Part shown: positions 1 to 12,794 of the stretch, in pieces | Layout of the letters: every line of letters begins with the position of its first letter | How positions within the stretch are numbered: the first letter of the stretch is position 1 | Assembly: GCA_036788155.1 (NCBI GenBank) | Contig: DAIQNY010000001.1 | Location: forward strand, 1 to 50,187 | Origin: Actinomycetota bacterium | Lineage (GTDB): Bacteria > Actinomycetota > Thermoleophilia > UBA2241 | DNA: 50,187 nt | Direction: 5' to 3' | Position numbers and translations under genes: made by a program | Notes under the pieces: generated by a model | Seen by the model: only the letters and a program-made list of their open reading frames with translations | Database searches by the model: none | What the model was told of the DNA's origin: nothing

Positions 1-223
1 CGGCGGCCTTCATGGCCTCGGCGCCCTGGACCAGCTCGGGGAGGAAGAACTCGCCCTTGCCGAACAGGTCGCCGACCTCCTCGATGCCCTTCACGAAGCC
101 CTTGTCGAGGATCTCGCCCGGGGCGACGCCCGCGTCAAGACCCTCCTGGGCCAGGCGCTCGGCGTCCTCGACCTCGCCGTCGATGACGCTCTGCTTCATC
201 TGCTCGAAAAGCTCGTCAGACAT
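1..223 (-). CDS. Corrinoid (cobalamin)-binding protein of a methyltransferase system; N-terminal part only, gene runs off the window start
   Basis: Absent from the ORF track because it is truncated. The reverse complement from ATG (223-221) reads MSDELFEQMKQSVIDGEVEDAERLAQEGLDAGVAPGEILDKGFVKGIEEVGDLFGKGEFFLPELVQGAEAMKAA. This matches the helical cap that precedes the B12-binding Rossmann domain in MtbC/MttC/MtgC-type corrinoid proteins. AAGGAGG lies 4 nt upstream of the ATG. Confidence 0.75.
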   Translation of the reverse strand, partial: MSDELFEQMKQSVIDGEVEDAERLAQEGLDAGVAPGEILDKGFVKGIEEVGDLFGKGEFFLPELVQGAEAMKAA

Positions 224-294
224 TGGTCCTCCTTGCACGATCTGTCCGCCTATGCGTCCGCAAGAACGCGTGGGTTCCACACCCCAGGGCGCCT

Positions 295-324
295 ACGATA
301 TGCGGCGCCGACAGGACCCGTCAA
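295..324 (-). promoter_or_regulatory. Putative sigma70-type promoter for the corrinoid protein gene (TTGACG-N18-TATCGT)
   Basis: The minus strand reads TTGACG (324-319), an 18-nt spacer, then TATCGT (300-295). This is about 70 nt upstream of the ATG at 223. The same two hexamers at the same spacing occur at 2185-2214. Confidence 0.45.
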
Positions 325-409
325 CCAAGTAAGTTGAAGACGTACATGCGCCAAGTATCAGGGCATGAGGAGGGGGAGCAAGGAAGCGGACACTGATGGT
401 CCGGAAGAC

Positions 410-1558
410 CTAGGAACGACCTTCTGTCCGGCCGCGCAAGAAGCGGTCGAAGGCTTCCAGGCCCTCCTGAAGACCGAGTCTTCCGATGCCGACGCGGAAG
501 TGGTCCTTGGGTACGGCATCGGTGATCTCGGACTCGTACATGGAGGCCGGCAGGACCAGCACGCCTTCGGCGAGCAGCAAGCGCCGGCTGAGCTCCTCCA
601 CGTCACCGGCCCTGTAACGGGGGAAGCAGACGCAGCCGCCGTCGGGCGGACGCCAGTCGAAGAGGTCCGCCCAGCGGGCGAAGAAGTCGTCGAACACCGG
701 GCGGTTGGCGGCCACGATGCCGCGGTTACGCTCCCAGATCGCCTCTCGATGTCGCAGCGCGACCGCAGCCAGGTACTCCGCCGGTCCGGCGTTGCAGATG
801 GTCGTGTAGTGCTTGCGCTTCTCCAGGCGCTCCAGCAGCGCGCGGTCGCGGCACGCGACCCAGCCCACACGCAAGCCCGGCAGCCCATAGGACTTGGAGG
901 CCACGTTGAGCGAGACCGCGGTCTCGGAGAGATCGGCTGCCTGGGGCAGCGTCCGGGACGGGTCCAGCTCGATGCCGCGGTACACCTCGTCGCAGAACAG
1001 GCAGATGCCGCGCTCGTCGCAGAGCGCGACGAGCTCGCGGAAGGTCGCCTCGTCGGGCACGTAGCCGGTCGGATTGTGCGGGTAGTTCACGGCGACGAGT
1101 CTGGTGGTCGGCCGCACGAGGCGACGGAGCTCGTCGAGGTCCAGCGCCCAGCCGTCTTCGCGGCGCGGGACGAGCGCGCTGACGTCGGCGCCAGTGGCCA
1201 CCGTGACGGTCTCCATCGCCTGGTAGCACGGCACAGTGACGACGGCGTGATCGCCGGGGCCGACCAGCTCCTGCATCGCCCAGAAGAGGCCCTCCTCGGC
1301 GCCGGCCAGGGCGAGCACGTGGTCGGCGTCGACGTTCTCGTAGGTGCCGGCCACGGCCTCGCGCAGCTCCGGCGTGCCCCACGTCTCGATGTAGGAGAGG
1401 GGGAGCTTGAGAAGGCCCTCGCGGTCAGCGTCGGTGCCGAGGGCCAGGAGCTCCTCGATCGTCATGCTCTGCGCGTCAGACGCCGTGAGATGGTACCGCA
1501 CCTTGAACTCCCACTCGCCCATGTACTCCTCGAGACGAAACGTGCGCAGCGACTTCAT
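410..1558 (-). CDS. PLP-dependent aminotransferase, class I/II fold
   Basis: 382-aa ORF with typical class I/II features: NYPHNPTGY, and SKSYGLPGLRVGW containing the PLP-lysine context. Its ATG overlaps the stop of the upstream YheO-like gene (ATGA at 1555-1558). Confidence 0.85.
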   Translation of the reverse strand: MKSLRTFRLEEYMGEWEFKVRYHLTASDAQSMTIEELLALGTDADREGLLKLPLSYIETWGTPELREAVAGTYENVDADHVLALAGAEEGLFWAMQELVGPGDHAVVTVPCYQAMETVTVATGADVSALVPRREDGWALDLDELRRLVRPTTRLVAVNYPHNPTGYVPDEATFRELVALCDERGICLFCDEVYRGIELDPSRTLPQAADLSETAVSLNVASKSYGLPGLRVGWVACRDRALLERLEKRKHYTTICNAGPAEYLAAVALRHREAIWERNRGIVAANRPVFDDFFARWADLFDWRPPDGGCVCFPRYRAGDVEELSRRLLLAEGVLVLPASMYESEITDAVPKDHFRVGIGRLGLQEGLEAFDRFLRGRTEGRS

Positions 1559-2178
1559 GAGCGGGCCTCCTTGAGCAAGGCGTAGACGGTGGTCCGGGAG
1601 ACGCCCAGAGCCCTTCCGGCATGGGCGACGGCATTGCGGGTCGCGAACAAGCCGTGTTCATCGAGGACGCGGACCAACTCCAACCGTTGCGCCCGGGACA
1701 GCCGGTCCCGGCGCAGGTGCCGACGCCGACACTCTTCCTCCACGACGAGCGAGATCTGTTCGCGCCAGTCCTTGTCGAACAGCCCGGCCGGCCGGTCCTC
1801 GAGGGGCGCGGCGAAGCGCACGAGCAGGTCGATCATGGTGTCGAAGGGCGAGCGGTCGACGTTGATGCACAGCAAGCCTCTCGATGCCCCCTTGGCGTTG
1901 CGCAGTACGATGCTGACCGAGGTGATCTGCCGGCCGTCCGCCAGCACCTTTGCGTACGGCCCGATCACTCTGTCCGTCTCCGTGTGCGGCGGCAGTTCCT
2001 CGATGAGTGAAGGGTCGCCGACCTTGCGCTCGGAGATCGGATTCCAGATGCCGACGATGCGGTCGCGGCGGACATCGTGCACCGCGACTTCTGCAAACGG
2101 ATGCAGCAACGCGACGATCGCCTCGCACGTGGCGAGGTGCGGCGTCATCCAGTTGGGCAGGCGCTTCTTGACGGGCAT
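1555..2178 (-). CDS. YheO-like (PAS-like sensor + C-terminal HTH) transcriptional regulator
   Basis: The translation from MPVKKRLPNW has the YheO-type core (LHPFAEVAVHDV ... ITSVSIVLRN ... GLLCINVD) and a C-terminal HTH (RNAVAHAGRALGVSRTTVYALLKE). The track ORF starts at GTG 2247, but codons 2247-2179 have low third-position GC, so I chose ATG 2178. Confidence 0.8.
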   Translation of the reverse strand: MPVKKRLPNWMTPHLATCEAIVALLHPFAEVAVHDVRRDRIVGIWNPISERKVGDPSLIEELPPHTETDRVIGPYAKVLADGRQITSVSIVLRNAKGASRGLLCINVDRSPFDTMIDLLVRFAAPLEDRPAGLFDKDWREQISLVVEEECRRRHLRRDRLSRAQRLELVRVLDEHGLFATRNAVAHAGRALGVSRTTVYALLKEARS

Positions 2179-2184
2179 GCTCGG

Positions 2185-2214
2185 ACGATATGTCCATTGC
2201 GGACTATCCGTCAA
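2185..2214 (-). promoter_or_regulatory. Putative promoter giving a leaderless or near-leaderless yheO-like mRNA (TTGACG-N18-TATCGT)
   Basis: The minus strand reads TTGACG (2214-2209), an 18-nt spacer, then TATCGT (2190-2185), then 6 nt before ATG 2178. No Shine-Dalgarno is present. It sits in a locally AT-richer patch between sucD and the regulator. Confidence 0.45.
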
Positions 2215-2252
2215 TGACCCGGATGTCCTTGACCCCGGAGGGCTCACCTGCC

Positions 2253-3149
2253 TCAGCAGCCGGCGAGCGCGTTCGCGACGAGCCGTGGAGTCTCGTCCGG
2301 GCGGCGCGCTACGGGGATGCCGGCGGCCTCGAGAGCCGCCGCCTTCGCGGTGGCCGTGCCGGACGACCCGGAGATGATGGCTCCGGCGTGCCCCATGCGC
2401 TTCCCCGGCGGAGCGGTGAAGCCCGCGATGTAGGCGACCACCGGCTTGGTGAGGCGGGTCGCGGCGTACTCGGCGGCGCGCTCCTCGTCGTCACCGCCGA
2501 TCTCGCCCACCAGAACGATGGCGTGCGTCGTGGGATCGGCCTCGAACAGCTCCAGACACTCCAGGAATCCGAGCCCGTGGACGGGATCGCCGCCCACACC
2601 GACACAGGTGGACTGACCGAGGCCGACACGAGTGAGACCCATCGCGATCTCGTAGGTGAGCGTGCCGCTGCGCGACACGATGCCCACGTTGCCCGGCGAG
2701 AAGAGTGTGGCCGCCATGATGCCGACGTTGCACTCCCCGGGCGTCACGATACCGGGACAGTTTGGACCGATGAGGATGAAGGGTCGCTCGGAGACCGGGC
2801 CGTCGTCCAGCCCAAGCTCCGCGACAAGCTCGCTCATGTCGCGGACCGGGATGCCCTCCGTGATCAGCACCGCACGCCGCACGCCGCCCTCGGCGGCCTG
2901 GAGTACTGCCGCCTTCGCAAAGCGGGCGGGAACGAAGATGACGCTCACGTCCGCGCCTGTCGCCGCAACGGCTTCGACAACGGTGTCGAACACCGGCAGA
3001 CCACAGACCGTCTCGCCGCCCTTTCCGGGAGTGACGCCGGCCACGACCTGGGTGCCGGCGGCCAGCATCCGCTCGGTGTGGAAGCTCCCCTCCCGACCGG
3101 TCATGCCCTGCACCACCACTCGGCTCGATCCGTTCACGAGAATGCTCAT
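2253..3149 (-). CDS. sucD: Succinyl-CoA synthetase (ADP-forming CoA ligase) alpha subunit
   Basis: 298 aa. N-terminal CoA-binding signature [15 protein letters not shown] and the phosphohistidine loop [13 protein letters not shown] overlap with the sucC stop (3146-3149). Confidence 0.85.
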   Translation of the reverse strand: MSILVNGSSRVVVQGMTGREGSFHTERMLAAGTQVVAGVTPGKGGETVCGLPVFDTVVEAVAATGADVSVIFVPARFAKAAVLQAAEGGVRRAVLITEGIPVRDMSELVAELGLDDGPVSERPFILIGPNCPGIVTPGECNVGIMAATLFSPGNVGIVSRSGTLTYEIAMGLTRVGLGQSTCVGVGGDPVHGLGFLECLELFEADPTTHAIVLVGEIGGDDEERAAEYAATRLTKPVVAYIAGFTAPPGKRMGHAGAIISGSSGTATAKAAALEAAGIPVARRPDETPRLVANALAGC

Positions 3150-4303
3150 GCAGGACCTCCGTTCCCCGCAGCCGCGGCGACTGCTGCATCCACGGCCTCC
3201 CGCGCGCTCTGTGTGACCGTAAGCCCGATGCAGCCAGCTCGCTCCAGCATCCCCAGCCCGTCTCCGGCGTTGTTGCCGTCGAGACGTACGACGAGCGGGA
3301 GGTCGACGCTCGTGGCGTCGCGCCAGGCCAGGATGCCGGCGGCCACCTCGTCGCAGCGCGTGATGCCGCCGAAGATGTTGACGAGGAGTGCCCTCACCCG
3401 GCTGTCGGACGTGATGATGTCGAGGGCGGCGGCGATTCTCTGGGCGCGAGCGCCGCCTCCCACATCACAGAAGTCGGCGGCCGCGCCACCCGCCGCGCCG
3501 ATCATGTCGAGTGTGCTCATGACGAGCCCGGCGCCGTTGCCGAGCACACCCACGGTGCCGTCAAGGGTGAGATACGTCACACCGGCGTCCCGAGCGGCTC
3601 GCTCGCGCTCGTCCTCGTCTGGTCGCTGGGCGGCCAGCTCAGGCTGGCGGTAGAGCCCATTGTCGTCAACGACCACCTTGGCGTCGAGCGCGACGATCCG
3701 CACGGGAGCGTCCACCACCGCGAGAGGATTCACCTCGACCAGCGAGAGATCCCGCTCCCTGTACAGCTTCCAGAGGCGCTCGATCGTATCGACGAGGGCC
3801 GCCTCCAGCGTCGCCTCGCCGAGCCCCGCTGCGGCGGCGATCCGGACGCCCTGCTCTCGGCACTCAGCCGACGTGGCGCTCAACGGCAGCCGAAGCAGGG
3901 CGCCCGGGTCTTCGGCCGCCACCTGCTCGATGTCGACGCCGCCGCGCGTGGAGAAGATGAGAGTCGGTGACTTCGCGTGTCGGTCAAGTGTGATGGCGAC
4001 GTACAGCTCACGGAGCACCGTCGCGCCCTGCTCCAGCAAGACGGCACGGACCGGCTTGTCTTTGATCGTAAGTCGGAGGATCGTCGCGACGACTCCGCCA
4101 AGCTCCTCCGGCCGCGACACCACGCGCACGCCGCCGGCCTTGCCGCGGCCGCCCGTCAGCACCTGCGCCTTCACGGCTACCGGGTAGCCGAGTTCCTCCG
4201 CGGCGCGCAGGGCCTCGGCCTCGCTGTGAGCCAGCCGCGATCCGAGCACATCGATCCCGGCGGCCGCGAACAACTCCTTGCCTTGGTACTCGAAGAGGTC
4301 CAC
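3146..4303 (-). CDS. sucC: Succinyl-CoA synthetase beta subunit (ATP-grasp)
   Basis: 385 aa. [12 protein letters not shown] ... [16 protein letters not shown] ... [13 protein letters not shown] is collinear with SucC. GTG start with GAGGGAG 4 nt upstream. Confidence 0.85.
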   Translation of the reverse strand: MDLFEYQGKELFAAAGIDVLGSRLAHSEAEALRAAEELGYPVAVKAQVLTGGRGKAGGVRVVSRPEELGGVVATILRLTIKDKPVRAVLLEQGATVLRELYVAITLDRHAKSPTLIFSTRGGVDIEQVAAEDPGALLRLPLSATSAECREQGVRIAAAAGLGEATLEAALVDTIERLWKLYRERDLSLVEVNPLAVVDAPVRIVALDAKVVVDDNGLYRQPELAAQRPDEDERERAARDAGVTYLTLDGTVGVLGNGAGLVMSTLDMIGAAGGAAADFCDVGGGARAQRIAAALDIITSDSRVRALLVNIFGGITRCDEVAAGILAWRDATSVDLPLVVRLDGNNAGDGLGMLERAGCIGLTVTQSAREAVDAAVAAAAGNGGPA

Positions 4304-4424
4304 TCTGCTCCCTCGTAGGTTGCGGGCAGACTGAACCTACCACGGCCGAGTCGACCGGGTCGCGGCGGGCTGGACACCAACAGCCTCGCGACTCCACCGA
4401 TGAAAGACGGGGTGGCGACATCGA

Positions 4425-7273
<2,849 letters not shown>

Positions 7274-7391
7274 CACTGTCCTCCCATCACGCCGAGACCT
7301 GCGAGCTCCGGACCCACAGGCACGTCGCCACCTTCCACCAAGAGTGGACAGAAGTCAAGAAATACAGGACCCTCCTGCAAACTGGGAGCCT

Positions 7392-7421
7392 TTGACGATA
7401 GGCGAGGCGCTCAGCTACAGT
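7392..7421 (+). promoter_or_regulatory. Putative promoter giving a leaderless mRNA for the XRE-cupin regulator (TTGACG-N18-TACAGT)
   Basis: TTGACG (7392-7397), an 18-nt spacer, TACAGT (7416-7421), then 7 nt to ATG 7429. GATAG follows the -35 hexamer, as it does in the 2185-2214 promoter. Confidence 0.45.
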
Positions 7422-7428
7422 CCGGGAG

Positions 7429-8037
7429 ATGTCCAGGCCTTCGCACAGCAAGCAGGGCGACCACCGCGGCGTGGAGCGCTGGCCGGCCCGCCTGGTCGGC
7501 GGCCGTCTCCGCGAGGCGCGACAGGGCCTGGGCAAGACACAGGGCGACGTTGCCCGCGAGGCCGGGCTCACCAAGTCCTTCGTCAGTGCGGTCGAGCGCG
7601 GCGAGACGTCACCGTCCATCGGCTCCCTCTACCGCCTCTGCGAGGTGCTCGGAGTGTCCATCGCGGCGTTGTTCGAGACAGCGCCGGTCCCGGAGAGCAA
7701 CGTCGTCCGGCGCGCCGACGTTCGAGGGGTGTCGTTCGGCGGAGTCGGTGTGGAGAACCACGTGCTCTCGCCCCGCACCGAGCGCCGCGCGCAGGTGATC
7801 GAGACGCACGTGGCGCCCGGCGGGTCGCCGGGACCCGAGCCGTGGTCCCACTCGGGCGACCTCGTCATCGCCACCGTCCTGGAGGGATCACTGGAATTCC
7901 GCTTCGAGAGCCACACCACGGTGCTGCGGGCGGGCGACACCATCGCCTATTCCCCCGCCGAGCCGCATTCGTGGGGCAATCCGAGCGACGACACGCCGGC
8001 CGTCGCGCTGTTCTTCGGCATGCCGGCCGAGTTCTGA
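7429..8037 (+). CDS. XRE-family HTH + cupin-domain transcriptional regulator
   Basis: 202 aa. HTH: LREARQGLGKTQGDVAREAGLTKSFVSAVERGETSPSIGSLYRLCEVLG. The C-terminal cupin-like part includes GDTIAYSPAEPHSWGN. Confidence 0.85.
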   Translation: MSRPSHSKQGDHRGVERWPARLVGGRLREARQGLGKTQGDVAREAGLTKSFVSAVERGETSPSIGSLYRLCEVLGVSIAALFETAPVPESNVVRRADVRGVSFGGVGVENHVLSPRTERRAQVIETHVAPGGSPGPEPWSHSGDLVIATVLEGSLEFRFESHTTVLRAGDTIAYSPAEPHSWGNPSDDTPAVALFFGMPAEF

Positions 8038-8110
8038 GGTCAACGCGGACCCCGACCCCGTGATCAGGCGGACTCTCCCCGACCCCGCCTCCGACCGGCA
8101 CGCCCGGGGC

Positions 8111-8158
8111 CCGACTCCGTCGGAACCTCATGCCGAAGGTTCGATCGGCGGAGGTCGG
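8111..8158 (+). other. Long imperfect hairpin between the XRE-cupin gene and the MEDS kinase
   Basis: ccgactccgtcggaacct / aaggttcgatcggcggaggtcgg pair into about 18 bp in three stem segments with two bulges and an 8-nt loop. No T-tract follows, so its role (attenuator, processing site or weak terminator) is unclear. Confidence 0.3.
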
Positions 8159-8199
8159 GTACATCCGGCCCACACGCCACAGGGGAGGCGGGTCGCCAC

Positions 8200-10847
8200 T
8201 TGAGCAGTTCCGCGCGCAGACCAGGGCCCGAGCACGACGGACCAGACAGACCGGACGTACCGCGGGCAGACACCGCCGGTGATCTTTCGAGTCGTCTCGC
8301 AGACCTCAAGCCCCACGAGCATCTGTGTCTCATCCACGAGACGGACGAAGAACGTTTGAACGCGCTCGTCCCCTTCATCGCCGCAGGCCTCGAGCAAGGG
8401 CAGCGCTGTGTCTACCTGGCGAGTGACGCCGCGACCGCCGGCGCGGTACGAGCCCTGGAGCGCGCTGGTGTGGACGTGACCCAGGCTTGTTCATCGGGCT
8501 CGCTGTGCTTCCGCACCGATCGGTCGTCCTTCGTCGAGGGGACGGGATTCGACCCCGCCAAGCTCCTCTCTCACCTGACCGCGACGGCAGAGGCGGCCGC
8601 CAGGAGCCACCACAGCGCTTTGCGACTCGCCGTCGAGATGGCCTGGGTCCTGGGCGCCGCCAGTCGGGCCGACGCCCTGATCGAGTTCGAGGCCGGCGTC
8701 CATGAGTCCGTTGCCGGTCCTCCCTGGCTCGCCATCCTTCAGTACGATCGCGGCGCTCTACCGGCAGAGATCGTCCGTGACGTGATCCTCACGCACGGCA
8801 CTGTCGGCCACGGGCAGAGCATCTACCACAACCCACGCGCCGTCCCGCCCCGCGAGTTCCTCGGGCGTGATCGCGAGGCCCACGAGGTCGACGTCCTGCT
8901 GGACGTACTCGACGACCAGAAGACATTGCTGGACGCCCAAGCGCGTCGCGCCGAGATTCACGAGGCGCGTCACCGGTCCATCATCTCGGCGCTGCACGAA
9001 GGCGTGATCCTTCAAGACGCCTCCGGTCGTGTCCTCACTTGGAACCCCGCCGCCGAGCGCATCTTCGGCATCTCTGCGGAAGATGCGCTCGAGCAGACGT
9101 CGACGAGCCGGGACTGGGGTCTGTTCACGAAGGAAGACCGACCGCTGGCCGGTGAGGATCATCCGTCGATGCAGACGGTGAGGACGGGGCGCCCGTGTAC
9201 CGACGTCGTTCTCCGCCTCCGAAGGACGGATGGGCAGCGTCGCTGGGTCTCTGTCAATACCGCGCCGATCTGGGAGGAGGACGAGGCCGGCCGCCGAGTC
9301 GCCGCGGTCGCCATCTCCTTCGACGACATAACCCAGCGGCGGCTTGAGGAGCAGACACGCAGGGAGAGGGAAGCGCTCCTCGCCGGTGTCTTCGACGCCA
9401 TGCCCAGTGGATGCGCCGTCTACCAGGTCCGCAATGACGGCGCATCCGGAAGCGACTACATCATCCGCTTCTTCAACACCGCCAGCCTCGCCATCGAGGG
9501 GATGACGCTGGAGGAGGTCCTGGGGAAATCCTTGGCGGACCTTCGGCCGACGATCGACGACTACGGTCTGATCCCCGTCTTCCAGCGCGTGTGGAAGACG
9601 GGCGAGCCGGCCGTGTTCCCAGCCAGGATCTACGTCGACAAGCACTACGCCAACTACTACGAAAACCGTGTCTTCAGGTTGCCGAGCGGAGAGATCGTCG
9701 CCATCTACGATGACGTGACGGAGCGCGAGCGCACCCTCGAGGCCCTGAGGGCGAGCGAGGAGACCTGGCGAAGCTACGTCGACGACGCCCCGTACGGGGT
9801 GTTCATCGCCGACGCGGCCGGCCATTATCTGCAGGTCAACCCGGAGGCCTGCCGGATCACCGGATACAGCGAGCCGGAGCTGCTCGCCATGAGCATCGCG
9901 GACCTGCTCCCGCCCGACGACCTGGACGTGGGGCTCGCTCACTTCGGCAGACTGCTCTCGGAGGGACGCTCTTCCGGCGTCGCTCCGCTCATCACCAAAC
10001 TGGGTGAGCACCGCTGGTGGTCGGTATCCGCGGTGAAGCTCTCGGATGACCGCTTCCTGGGCTTCACCGCCGACGTGACCGACAAGGTGGTGGCTGAAGC
10101 CGAGGTGGCGGAGCTCAACGCCGCCTCGAGCGTCGCGTGCTCGAGCGCACGGCCGAGCTCGAGGCGGCCAACGAAGAGCTTGAGTCCTTCAGCTACTCCG
10201 TGTCGCATGATCTTCGGGCTCCGCTGCGTCACATCAGCGGCTTCGCGAACCTGCTGCGCGAAGAAGCGGGCGAGGACCTGAGCGACGAACAGCGTCACTG
10301 TTATGCGCGCATCGACGCTGCCGTACGCAGGATGGGCCAGCTCATCGACGATCTGCTGGACTTCTCGCGCGCCGGAAGGGGCGCCCTGCGGATGACGCGG
10401 ATCGACGTGGACCAGCTCGTCCGGGAGGCGATCGAGTTGGCACAGCCTCAGGCGAACGATCACGCGATCGACTGGGTGGTGTCCCCGCTGCCCACAGTGG
10501 TCGCCGACGAGACGGTCCTGCGCCTGGTCTGGACCAACCTGCTGGACAATGCCGTGAAGTACACGCGCCCGCACGGCCGCGCGCGCATCGAGATCGGCTG
10601 CAGCCGCGCATCGGCTGAGCTCGTCTTCTGGGTGCGTGACGACGGCATCGGCTTCGACCCCGCGTACGCGGAGAACCTCTTCGGAGTCTTCCAGAGGCTC
10701 CACCCGCAGGACGACTTCAGCGGCACCGGCATCGGTCTCGCCACCGTGCGCAGAGTCATCACGAAGCACGGCGGCCGCGTGTGGGCGGAGGGCTCGGTTG
10801 AGGGAGGGGCCGTCTTCTACTTCGCTCTGCCCCAGTCCACCGACTGA
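8200..10847 (+). pseudogene. MEDS-domain / triple-PAS / HisKA-HATPase sensor histidine kinase, split by an apparent 1-nt deletion near 10120-10127
   Basis: ORF 8200-10281 carries a MEDS-like N-terminus (HEHLCLIHETDEE ... LRLAVEMAW ... LQYDRGALPAEIVRDVILTHG) and three PAS-like segments. ORF 10137-10847, in a different frame, carries the H-box FSYSVSHDLRAPLRH plus the N (NLLDNAVKYT), G1 (DDGIGFD) and G2 (GTGIGL) boxes. Shifting frame at gccgcc|tcgag restores the usual coiled-coil ...ELNAALERRVLERTAELEAANEELESF. The start (TTG 8200) is uncertain. Confidence 0.7.
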
Positions 10848-10922
10848 GCTGGCGCGCGCCTACGACGGCCGGCCGACGTCGCCCAAGCGTCTCAAGCGAC
10901 CGGCGGGTAAGCTCAGCACCAG

Positions 10923-12794
10923 ATGAGAACGATCTGGCGCATCCTCAAGCTGCTCGGCGACTACAAGTGGTACACCGCTCTCGGGTTCGCCCTCGCGTTC
11001 GTCCAGATGGGTCTCGGCCTGGTCGTCCCCCGCATCGTGCAGCTCACGATCGACAACGCACTCGAGGGCGGCGAGGCCGCGCTGCTGGTCACGTACGGCC
11101 TCGCCCTGCTCGGCATCGCCGTAGTCCGCCTCGTCGTCGGCGTGGGTCGCCGCCTGGCGACCGGCAAGGCGAGCCTCGGCATCGAGTACGACCTGCGCAA
11201 CCGGATGTGGGCTCATCTGTTGCGTCAACCGTTCGCATACTTCGACCGCTGGCCCACGGGGCAGCTCATGAGCCGCGCCATGAGCGACGTTCAGAACGTG
11301 CGCATGTTCCTCGGATACGGCCTCGTGTTCTTCGTCACCAACATCGTGATGATGATCGCCATCGCGGTGATCCTGCTGGCCATGGACTGGCGGCTCGCGC
11401 TGCTCTCGCTCGCCTTCTTCCCCTTCTTGCTGCTCGTGACCGTCCGCTTCAGCCGCAGACTGAACCCGATCCTCAAGGACGTGCAGCAGCGCATCGCCGA
11501 CGTCACGGCCACGGCAGAGGAGAACGTGGTGGGCAGCCGTATCGTACGCATCTTCGCCCGCGAGGCGGACGAGCTGGAGAAGTTCAGCGACCGGAGCTTC
11601 AAGGTGTTCGAGGCCAGCGTCGCGGCTGCGAGGACGCGAGCCATCTACATCCCGCTCATCGCATTCATCCCCAACCTCGCTGTCGCCCTTCTCCTGTACT
11701 ACGGAGGGCGGCAGGTGGTGCAGGGCGACCTGGACGTCGGCTCATTGGTCGCCTTCTATCTGTATCTGATGCTGCTGGTGTATCCGGCTCAGGTGATCGG
11801 CTGGCTCACGGGTCTCGCCCAGCGAGCCATCGCCAGCGGAGAGCGGGTCTATGAGATCCTTGACGCCCCGCTCGAGATGACGGAGAAGCCGGACGCGCAG
11901 CCGTTGCGGGACGCCTTCGGGATGACCGGCCTGAAGGGCGCGGACGAAAACGGCCTCACCGCCCGCGGCGCCACTGCGGGGTCCGCGGCTGCGGCACCCG
12001 CCGGCGCCGTCAGGTTCGAGGACGTCTGGTTCGGCTACCAGGACCGGCCGGTCCTGCAGGGCGTCAGCCTGGAGGTCCCGGCCGGTCACACCATCGCGCT
12101 CGTCGGCCACACCGGCTGCGGCAAGACGACGCTCACCAACCTCGTGCCGCGGTTCTACGACGCAATTCGCGGCCGGGTGCTCGTCGACGGGCAGGACGTT
12201 CGCGACCTGCAGCTCGCCGATCTGCGGCGGCACATCGGAATCGTCAACCAGGACCCCTTCCTGTTCAGTACGACGATCGCCGAGAACATCCGCTTCGGCC
12301 GCCCGGACGCAGTTGACGAGGAGGTCCGGGCGGCAGCGCGGACGGCGCAGGCAGACGACTTCATCAGGGCGCTCCCCGACGGATACGAGACCGTCATCGG
12401 GGAGCGCGGCTTCACCCTCAGTGGTGGCCAGCGGCAGCGTATCGCCATTGCCAGGGCGCTCGTCATGGACCCGCGCATCCTCATCCTTGACGACGCGACG
12501 AGCAGCGTCGACGTCGAGACCGAGTTCCGCATCCGCGCCGCGCTGCAGGAGGTGATGCGCGGCCGCACCACGTTCATCATTGCCCACCGACCGAGCACGA
12601 TCTCGCTGGCCGAGGAGGTCGTGGTGCTGGACCACGGTCGCATCGAGGAGCGTGGGACGCACGAGCAACTCATCGCAGCCGGCGGCCTCTATACGCATAT
12701 GTTCGGCGACGCCGAGCGAGAGGGCTGCTGCCTGGACGAGGCTGCCGAGGACGATCAGGACGCCGCTCACGCCGGCGGCGAAGGGGCGGCCTGA
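10923..12794 (+). CDS. ABC exporter, fused permease/ATPase half-transporter (subunit 1 of a heterodimer)
   Basis: 623 aa. Six-TM N-terminal domain, Walker A GHTGCGKTT, signature LSGGQRQRIAIARAL, Walker B ILILDDATS. Confidence 0.9.
   Translation: MRTIWRILKLLGDYKWYTALGFALAFVQMGLGLVVPRIVQLTIDNALEGGEAALLVTYGLALLGIAVVRLVVGVGRRLATGKASLGIEYDLRNRMWAHLLRQPFAYFDRWPTGQLMSRAMSDVQNVRMFLGYGLVFFVTNIVMMIAIAVILLAMDWRLALLSLAFFPFLLLVTVRFSRRLNPILKDVQQRIADVTATAEENVVGSRIVRIFAREADELEKFSDRSFKVFEASVAAARTRAIYIPLIAFIPNLAVALLLYYGGRQVVQGDLDVGSLVAFYLYLMLLVYPAQVIGWLTGLAQRAIASGERVYEILDAPLEMTEKPDAQPLRDAFGMTGLKGADENGLTARGATAGSAAAAPAGAVRFEDVWFGYQDRPVLQGVSLEVPAGHTIALVGHTGCGKTTLTNLVPRFYDAIRGRVLVDGQDVRDLQLADLRRHIGIVNQDPFLFSTTIAENIRFGRPDAVDEEVRAAARTAQADDFIRALPDGYETVIGERGFTLSGGQRQRIAIARALVMDPRILILDDATSSVDVETEFRIRAALQEVMRGRTTFIIAHRPSTISLAEEVVVLDHGRIEERGTHEQLIAAGGLYTHMFGDAEREGCCLDEAAEDDQDAAHAGGEGAA

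Noticed and set aside
365-1585. Long ORFs antisense to or overlapping confident genes. Examples: 365-1585 +, 2190-3653 +, 4566-5852 +, 6317-7798 +, 8758-10011 -, 12974-14086 -, 14718-16409 +, 19048-20478 -, 21571-22992 -, 26956-28443 +, 37906-39147 +, 43033-44406 -, 45522-46529 -.
   Set aside because: Their translations are Arg/Ala/Pro/Gly-rich with no recognisable motifs. Each lies opposite to, or out of frame with, a gene that has clear family signatures. This is the classic shadow-ORF behaviour of ~70% GC DNA.
7343-7351. DnaA-box-like 9-mers suggesting oriC near rsmG-parAB.
   Set aside because: Only isolated imperfect matches occur, scattered in unrelated places (for example ctgtccact on the minus strand here). 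There is no clustered array in an AT-rich intergenic region.
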